Assembly: GCA_025061115.1 (NCBI GenBank)
Contig: JANZKC010000002.1
Coordinates: 64,001 to 128,000 of the forward strand
Length of the DNA stretch: 64,000 nucleotides
Origin: Candidatus Culexmicrobium cathedralense
Lineage (GTDB): Archaea > Thermoproteota > Methanomethylicia > Culexarchaeales > Culexmicrobiaceae
Reading direction: 5' to 3'
Shown: positions 57,945 through 64,000 of the stretch, in pieces
Layout of the letters: each line of letters opens with the position of its first letter
Numbering within the stretch: position 1 is the stretch's first letter
Translations under genes and position numbers: made by a program
The notes under the pieces: generated by a model
Seen by the model: the letters and a program-made list of their open reading frames with translations, nothing else
What the model was told of the DNA's origin: nothing
Databases searched by the model: none

Positions 57945-58439
57945 GTGACTAAAATGAAGCTAGAAGTGGTGAATCTAAAAGTACCTGAGGGATGCAACAT
58001 AATTCTAGGGCAATCACACTTCATAAAGACTGTGGAAGACCTATATGAGGCAATGGTAAACTCAACTCCAAACGTCAAATTTGGAATAGCATTCTGTGAA
58101 TCATCAGGGCCCTGCCTAATCAGGCACGACGGAAACGACGAGGAATTGAGGAAAATAGCTATTGAAAATGCCCAAAAGCTCTCGGCAGGCCACTGCTTCA
58201 TAATAGTAATGAAAGATGCGTACCCAATAAACGTGCTAGACAGAATTAAAGCTACGCCAGAAGTAGTAGGAATATACTGCGCAACTGGAAATCAAGTTCA
58301 AGTAATAATAGCCGAAACGGAGCAGGGAAGAGCAATACTAGGAGTAGTCGATGGAATGAAGAGCAAGGGAGTGGAAGGAGAGGAGGAAATTAAGGAGAGA
58401 GTGAAATTTCTAAGGAAAATAGGGTACAAGAGAGGCTAA
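57945..58439 (+). CDS. DUF355 adenosine-specific kinase family protein
   Basis: [38 protein letters not shown]. Confidence 0.9.
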   Translation: MTKMKLEVVNLKVPEGCNIILGQSHFIKTVEDLYEAMVNSTPNVKFGIAFCESSGPCLIRHDGNDEELRKIAIENAQKLSAGHCFIIVMKDAYPINVLDRIKATPEVVGIYCATGNQVQVIIAETEQGRAILGVVDGMKSKGVEGEEEIKERVKFLRKIGYKRG

Positions 58440-58939
58440 CCACCTGAACTGCAAATCTCCTTCAATGCCTTTTTCAACTCAATATAAGTCTCCCTTAAAT
58501 GCTGAGAAATAACCTTGGTTTCAGCTAAAACAGGCATGAAATTGGTATCTCCAAACCACCTTGGAACAACGTGCACGTGCAAGTGCTCAGCACCAGCTCC
58601 AGCAGCTCTACCCACATTTAACCCCAAATTAAAACCATCAGGATTGAAAGCCCGCTTCAAAGCCTTAATGCACAGGTTAATCAACTTAAACATTTCACCA
58701 GCCTCACTCAAAGTCAAATCCTCAGGATAAACCACATGCCTATAAGGTGCAACCATTAAATGCCCATTATTGTAGGGGAAGGCATTCAAAATAACGTAGG
58801 CATTCTCCCCCCTCAAAAGGATGTACAGCTCCTCATCCCTATTCAATTTAGGATATTCGCATAGGAAGCATTCAGCCTCATCCTTATGAGATCTAATATA
58901 AGTCATGCGCCAAGGAGCCCAAAGCTGCTTCAACAACAT
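58436..58939 (-). CDS. HIT family hydrolase
   Basis: [28 protein letters not shown]. Confidence 0.92.
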   Translation of the reverse strand: MLLKQLWAPWRMTYIRSHKDEAECFLCEYPKLNRDEELYILLRGENAYVILNAFPYNNGHLMVAPYRHVVYPEDLTLSEAGEMFKLINLCIKALKRAFNPDGFNLGLNVGRAAGAGAEHLHVHVVPRWFGDTNFMPVLAETKVISQHLRETYIELKKALKEICSSGG

Positions 58940-59045
58940 CCCCTCAAACCTAACCGCAACCAACATTAATCTACTTTCACAAATATAGGTGGAAAATCCA
59001 ATATATCACTTAGCACTAAACGTCACCAAAACCCGAGGTGAAAAC

Positions 59046-59822
59046 ATGGTCGTAGTATCTCCAACGCTCATCCAAGCTCACCTAGACACGAGGAAAGCCA
59101 GGAGAGTTTTCAACTTACTTGAAAGAAGCAGCGAAATACAAACGTACCTGAAAATGGCCAATATAATGGCCGTCACAAGACTTAAATACAATGACCACGG
59201 CCCAGTGCACTCAAGAATAACCGCTGGAAGCGCCCTCGAAATGCTAAAAATAATTTCAGACAACATTCAACCCACATCAATTAGAGATCACGGGCTAAGC
59301 TATGAAGACGCCAAAATAATAACCCTATGTGGAGCCTACCTACATGACATTGGAAACGCAATTCACAGAAAAGGACACAACCTCCACGGATGCTACATAG
59401 TAAACTCGATTCTAGAGAACCTACTCTCAAAAGTGTACAGTTCAAGGGAAACATTACTTAAAGTTAAATGCGAAATTCTACACTGCATATACGCCCACGA
59501 TGAAGACATCCAGTGCCTAAGCATAGAAGCAGGAATAGTTAAAGTTGCAGATGGAACCGACATGGCTGAAGGAAGAGCAAGAGTACCATACGACCTAGGT
59601 AAAGTTGACATGCACTCCCTATCAGCATTAGCAATCAGAAGAGTAGAGATAGTTAGAGGAAGTGAAAGGCCGATAAGGCTAATAGTCCACATGGACAATC
59701 CAGCAGGAATATTTCAAATAGACCACGTCCTTAGGAGGAAAATAGAAACTTCAGGCATTAAAGACCAAATCGAAGTTATAGCAATAGAAAATGGTAGGGA
59801 GCTAAAGGTCTTCAGAGGCTAA
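59046..59822 (+). CDS. HD-domain phosphohydrolase
   Basis: YNDHGPVH, LHDIGN..HR, VADGTDM..GRAR. Confidence 0.9.
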   Translation: MVVVSPTLIQAHLDTRKARRVFNLLERSSEIQTYLKMANIMAVTRLKYNDHGPVHSRITAGSALEMLKIISDNIQPTSIRDHGLSYEDAKIITLCGAYLHDIGNAIHRKGHNLHGCYIVNSILENLLSKVYSSRETLLKVKCEILHCIYAHDEDIQCLSIEAGIVKVADGTDMAEGRARVPYDLGKVDMHSLSALAIRRVEIVRGSERPIRLIVHMDNPAGIFQIDHVLRRKIETSGIKDQIEVIAIENGRELKVFRG

Positions 59823-60011
59823 CTACCACTTCTTGATCAAGCCCAGCACCGAAGCAAACATCAAGGCAGCTCCAACAATGAAGAAAGCCATTTGAGAGCG
59901 CTCCGGAACGTAAATTGAGAGGATGAAGGTTATCCAGCCGGCGCCGAAAATCAGTAGCCAATAATTTAGTCCAGCCCCAGCCTGCCTCTCCTCAACTTCA
60001 GATTCAGCCAT
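59823..60011 (-). CDS. Small two-TM membrane protein
   Basis: 62 aa; starts a few nt after the SPFH gene stop. Confidence 0.6.
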   Translation of the reverse strand: MAESEVEERQAGAGLNYWLLIFGAGWITFILSIYVPERSQMAFFIVGAALMFASVLGLIKKW

Positions 60012-60016
60012 GCCAG

Positions 60017-60934
60017 CTACTCACTCTCCTCCTCTTCAACCCTCACTCCAAGAAACTTCCTAATTGGAGCCAGCAGCTCAATGAACTCCATTGGAAATAT
60101 GAACTTCGTAGCTGGACTCTGCCCGATCGCCTTCAAAGCCTCCAAGTACTGTAGAGCCATGGTTTTCGAGTCAATCTTGCTCGCAGCCTTATATATGGTT
60201 TCAAGAGCCTGAGCATAGCCCTCAGCCCTCAAGATGGCAGCCCTCCTCTCGCCCTCGGCCTTCAATATTGCCGCCTGCCTCTCACCCTCAGCAACCCTAA
60301 TGGAAGACTCACGCTTACCCTCAGCCTCCAAAATCATAGCTCTCTTAGTCCTCTCAGCAGCCATCTGCTTAATCATAGCATCCTGAACATCCCTAGGCGG
60401 AGTGATCTCCCTAATCTCAACAGAAGTAACCTTTACACCCCAACGCTCAGTGACCTCATCAAGCTTAACCCTCAAAATGTTATTTATATCCTCCCTCTTA
60501 GCAAGCACGTCGTCAAGCAGAATGTCGCCGACGACGGCTCTCAAAGTAGTTGTTGCAATTCCAACAGCTGCACCCTCAAAGTTCTGAACTTGAAGAACAC
60601 ACCTAATCGGATCAACCACTTTATAGTATATTAGGAAGTCGATGTCAACCGGAGCATTATCCTTAGTTATGCAAGTTTGGTGTGGAACTTCCAGGAAACG
60701 CTCCCTCAAATCAATCTTCACTGGACGGTCGATGAAGGGAACAATGAACACTATGCCAGGCCCCTTAGCTCCAATGCACCTTCCAAGCCTAAACACCACA
60801 ACGCGCTCGTACTCCCTCACCACCCTAATTGCGGAAGCAATGAAGGCAATTACGACCAGTATAACGAACAGCCAGAAAATCAATGAAGCAAGCTCAGCAA
60901 CGATAGGCTGCTGAAATATGAACATGCATGACAC
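60017..60934 (-). CDS. SPFH/band 7 (stomatin-like) protein
   Basis: EYERVVVFRLG, ITKDN, TTLRAVVG, WGVKV, AEG repeats. Confidence 0.94.
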   Translation of the reverse strand: MSCMFIFQQPIVAELASLIFWLFVILVVIAFIASAIRVVREYERVVVFRLGRCIGAKGPGIVFIVPFIDRPVKIDLRERFLEVPHQTCITKDNAPVDIDFLIYYKVVDPIRCVLQVQNFEGAAVGIATTTLRAVVGDILLDDVLAKREDINNILRVKLDEVTERWGVKVTSVEIREITPPRDVQDAMIKQMAAERTKRAMILEAEGKRESSIRVAEGERQAAILKAEGERRAAILRAEGYAQALETIYKAASKIDSKTMALQYLEALKAIGQSPATKFIFPMEFIELLAPIRKFLGVRVEEEESE

Positions 60935-60991
60935 CTAAATATCAATTCGCTTAGCTCCTTAATAATTTTATATGCAGAAGAAGACATCCTA

Positions 60992-61837
60992 GTGGGGATA
61001 AGATTGTCAGAATTACTTATAGCCATCCTAGCGACCTTCGAAAGGTACATCAAACTAGACTTAAAGTACAAATTTCAATATGCAATAGACGCCATAATAA
61101 TTGCAAGCAACTTCATAGGATTTGGAATAATGGGATTCTTCATGGAAGCGAGAGGAGGAGTACTGCCAGAAGGATACACATTCGAAAAATTCATTCTGGT
61201 AGGAACATACCTCTGGACAATGCTAACCAAAATCTACGACGACTGCACAAAAGTCCTATCCGAAGAAGCAAGCAGAGGAGCCCTAACACTCCTAATTGGA
61301 AGCAACATAACCATACCAGTAATACTAGTTGGAAGAGCACTAGCATCAACAGTCAAGTACGGAGCACTAGCATCATTATTCGGAATACCAACACTCTACT
61401 TCATAGGAGCACTAAACTTAAAGGCAAGCGCCATTCCACTAGCAATCCTATGCTTTGCGTGCTCATGGATATTCATAATTGGACTATCAGCAGTAATAAC
61501 CGCAATCATCCTAATGTTCAAGAGAACAGGAATGCTAACCATATCATTAATGGAAGCACTAATGTTTGCAATTGGATTCTACTTCCCAATAGAGCTGCTG
61601 CCCCCACAACTATGGCCAATACTCGGAGCAATACCATTCACAATTGGATTGCAAATATTCAGAGACCTAATGATACTAGGAGAAGCCAGGCAAGTAGTAA
61701 ATGGAATTTACAGCAGCCTTCAAATGGGAATTACGAAGATGGTTTTAGGGTCAATAATATTTGCAGCAATTACATTTACAATAATGAACGTAATTTCAAA
61801 GCTAGCCCAAAAGTGGGGCACAATCGAGCAATACTAG
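60992..61837 (+). CDS. ABC-2 type permease
   Basis: About 6 TM, EEASRGAL, GFYFPIELLP; precedes the ATPase gene. Confidence 0.82.
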   Translation: MGIRLSELLIAILATFERYIKLDLKYKFQYAIDAIIIASNFIGFGIMGFFMEARGGVLPEGYTFEKFILVGTYLWTMLTKIYDDCTKVLSEEASRGALTLLIGSNITIPVILVGRALASTVKYGALASLFGIPTLYFIGALNLKASAIPLAILCFACSWIFIIGLSAVITAIILMFKRTGMLTISLMEALMFAIGFYFPIELLPPQLWPILGAIPFTIGLQIFRDLMILGEARQVVNGIYSSLQMGITKMVLGSIIFAAITFTIMNVISKLAQKWGTIEQY

Positions 61838-61847
61838 GAGGGAAAAA

Positions 61848-62774
61848 ATGAAGGCAGTAAAAGCAATAAACCTGACGAAAACCTTCGCCTTAAGCCCGCT
61901 CGGCGCAAGGAAGATAATTGCACTCAAAGACATAAACTTCGAAATAGAGGAAAAAGAGCACCTGGCAGTCATGGGCCCAAGCCCCTCAGGCAAAACAACA
62001 CTCCTAAAAGTAATTGCAGGAATATACTTGCCGGACAAGGGAGACCTGCTAATCTACGGCAACAGCGTCAGGAAAAAGGCTAGAGCAGTTAGAAATCTAA
62101 CCTGCTACATGTCACCTCAAATCCAGCTAAACAAGAAATTAACCGTTAAAGAAACCCTAAACTACTTCACAAGAATATTAGGCAAAAAAATAAGTGGAGA
62201 AGTAGAGGAACTACTACAATCAGTAGGCATAGTTGGAGAAAACCTGGACAATCGAATAGAAACCCTTTCAGATGCTCAACTAGCAGTGCTCAAGCTCGCC
62301 ATTGGACTAATAAAGGAGCCAAAAATCCTACTACTAGACAGAATCTTCGGATCGCTGGACCCCAAAGTAAAGGAAGTCTTCACAGACGCAATAGAAAAAG
62401 TTTCAGATCAAACAACGCTAGTAATGGTCGACCAGGAAATGGAAATTCTAGGCAAATTCTGCAAGAAAATCCTACTATTAAGCAAGGATGGAAGCATGGT
62501 AACCATGGGATCGGTGGAGCAGCTACTAAGAAACTACCCATACAAGTTCGACATAGAAGTCATACCGAAAAAGGCGCTATCCAAAGAAATACTAGAATCG
62601 ATGGGGTACCCATACCAGCTAATGGGAAGCCTCGTAAGATTCTACCTAACAAGCGAAGAGGAAGTCCTAGACTTAACCAAGAAGCTACTCAAAATTAAAG
62701 ATAAAATAATATCATTCGAAACCTCAAGCATAGACGTCGAAGACGTATACTACTGGCTAATCAGCAAGGAGTAG
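61848..62774 (+). CDS. ABC ATP-binding protein with degenerate catalytic motifs
   Basis: GPSPSGKTT present; LSDAQ, LLLDR and VDQ in place of LSGGQ, LLLDE and the H-loop. Confidence 0.82.
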   Translation: MKAVKAINLTKTFALSPLGARKIIALKDINFEIEEKEHLAVMGPSPSGKTTLLKVIAGIYLPDKGDLLIYGNSVRKKARAVRNLTCYMSPQIQLNKKLTVKETLNYFTRILGKKISGEVEELLQSVGIVGENLDNRIETLSDAQLAVLKLAIGLIKEPKILLLDRIFGSLDPKVKEVFTDAIEKVSDQTTLVMVDQEMEILGKFCKKILLLSKDGSMVTMGSVEQLLRNYPYKFDIEVIPKKALSKEILESMGYPYQLMGSLVRFYLTSEEEVLDLTKKLLKIKDKIISFETSSIDVEDVYYWLISKE

Positions 62775-62869
62775 CCCGAAAGGTATAAGTATTCATAAAT
62801 TAAAGTTGGATTCGAAAAACGGCGGGAAGGAAAGAAATGTAATTTTCCCAAACTTCTGGGGGAGCAATT

Positions 62870-63226
62870 TTGACCAAGAAATGCAATCCCACTTGTAAAT
62901 TCTTTAGATGCGCCAAAAGAGCCCTAATGATAAGAGGAAGAGGTCAAAGGCAATTTAGGGGTAGAAGAGAAGGCAGATACCAGCGGGAGAGAAGAGGCCT
63001 AGTGGCACTATGCAGCTGGGCAGGAGACCTATGCCAAGGCCCAAGCTGCACATACGCCTACTGCGAAAAAAGGGCACTACTACCAGATGGAACATGCACA
63101 TTGGAGCTAAGAAAGGAGGCCAGAAGAGTTAGAAGCATAGAGGAAGAAGCGGAAAGAGAAGAGCTGAAGCTCAAATTGAAAGGCAAGGCGCTAAAGAGAA
63201 TTAGAGAGCTAGAGTACATTGAGTAA
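62870..63226 (+). CDS. Cys-rich, Arg-rich hypothetical protein
   Basis: 8 Cys in a duplicated C..C..CxKRAL motif; RG-rich insert. Confidence 0.7.
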   Translation: MTKKCNPTCKFFRCAKRALMIRGRGQRQFRGRREGRYQRERRGLVALCSWAGDLCQGPSCTYAYCEKRALLPDGTCTLELRKEARRVRSIEEEAEREELKLKLKGKALKRIRELEYIE

Positions 63227-63227
63227 A

Positions 63228-63872
63228 TTAAGGCTTAATCCCAAAAACCCTCTGATAGTAGCCAGTGTATATTGCAGCAGCAGGATTATGCCCAGTAACC
63301 CTATCCTTAGCAATCAAAGTAACCACCGGAGCCCTGGAAAACCTATAGAATAGGGAGTCATGGCCGACGCACAGGCCAACCACCAAATTCAACTCGGTGT
63401 TTAAGGCATTAAGAACCAATGCCTGCCCAATAGGATTACATATAGCCTCAAAAGGCCTCTTCGAAAGCCAATGCTCCTTAGGAACTCCAACATCCCCCTT
63501 ACAAATACCGCCAACCTTACAGCAGACCGAATAGACTTGAAAGCCAGCGTTCTCGAGGGCCTGCGAAACATAGTTAGCTTCCCTCCTCAAGCCAATGCAA
63601 AAAGCTATTCCAATCCTCCTAATATTGAGGCGCCTAGCGTACTCCATAACCTCCCTAAGCCTAGGCCACTTCATGTACCCCGAAGCCTCAACTATGGAAG
63701 CATTCACAGCAAGCTTTCTAGCCTCATCATCCTCAAAGTACTTCCGACGCGCCTCATCCAACACTTCCCTCAAACTCCTCATTGGGCAAAAGCTAGGCAA
63801 CCTCTCAAAATCACCCCTATAGCAGGCAAGAACCTGACAATAAGCGCACCTACCAACCTCGCCGGCATCCAT
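63228..63872 (-). CDS. DUF1847 metal-binding protein
   Basis: GIAFCIGL, VCCK, CNPIGQA, GLCVGHD, KDRV..HNP. Confidence 0.9.
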   Translation of the reverse strand: MDAGEVGRCAYCQVLACYRGDFERLPSFCPMRSLREVLDEARRKYFEDDEARKLAVNASIVEASGYMKWPRLREVMEYARRLNIRRIGIAFCIGLRREANYVSQALENAGFQVYSVCCKVGGICKGDVGVPKEHWLSKRPFEAICNPIGQALVLNALNTELNLVVGLCVGHDSLFYRFSRAPVVTLIAKDRVTGHNPAAAIYTGYYQRVFGIKP

Positions 63873-63932
63873 CCAAATCACCAAGCCAATATAAATAGGA
63901 AATGCACTTAAACTTATAGCTCGGTGGCAAAC

Positions 63933-64000
63933 ATGCCCAAACAAATCAGGCTCGGAATAATAGTTCCATCATCAAACACGACGATGGAAATGGAATTCAA
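63933..64000 (+). CDS. Maleate isomerase / Asp-Glu racemase family protein (5' end, truncated by window)
   Basis: MPKQIRLGIIVPSSNTTMEMEF. Confidence 0.8.
   Translation, partial: MPKQIRLGIIVPSSNTTMEMEF

Noticed and set aside
1-64000. tRNA, rRNA, CRISPR arrays, intact transposases
   Set aside because: No cloverleafs, spaced repeats or transposase ORFs seen by eye; tRNAscan/Infernal not run

Overview
Archaeal chromosomal DNA (TBP, RpoK, eS31, Sec11, Ard1; GGAGG/GGTG Shine-Dalgarno motifs). Arcadin-1, DUF2153, a crenarchaeal-type pyruvoyl decarboxylase, DIP synthesis, IscSU, FeoAB and an F420 reductase suggest an anaerobic thermophile of the Thermoproteota/TACK group (inference). About 65 genes; no tRNA, rRNA or CRISPR array found. 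Best leads: (1) an iron/sulfur island with an IscS lacking its usual substrate-binding residues, a divergent canonical SufS coupled to an unknown Cys-containing protein, a FeoB with a Cys-rich N-terminus and DtxR-like operators; (2) a di-myo-inositol-phosphate cluster extended by a GT4 glycosyltransferase, whose Shine-Dalgarno lies in a perfect 9-bp hairpin, plus a divergent GlpT-like transporter; (3) two Lhr helicase paralogs, one broken by a single in-frame TGA; (4) a decaying zone at 21-24.8 kb; (5) a probable tyrosine-integrase relic next to twin hairpins; (6) an orphan arcadin-1; (7) an ABC ATPase with degenerate catalytic motifs. All calls are from motif recognition by eye; no searches were run.
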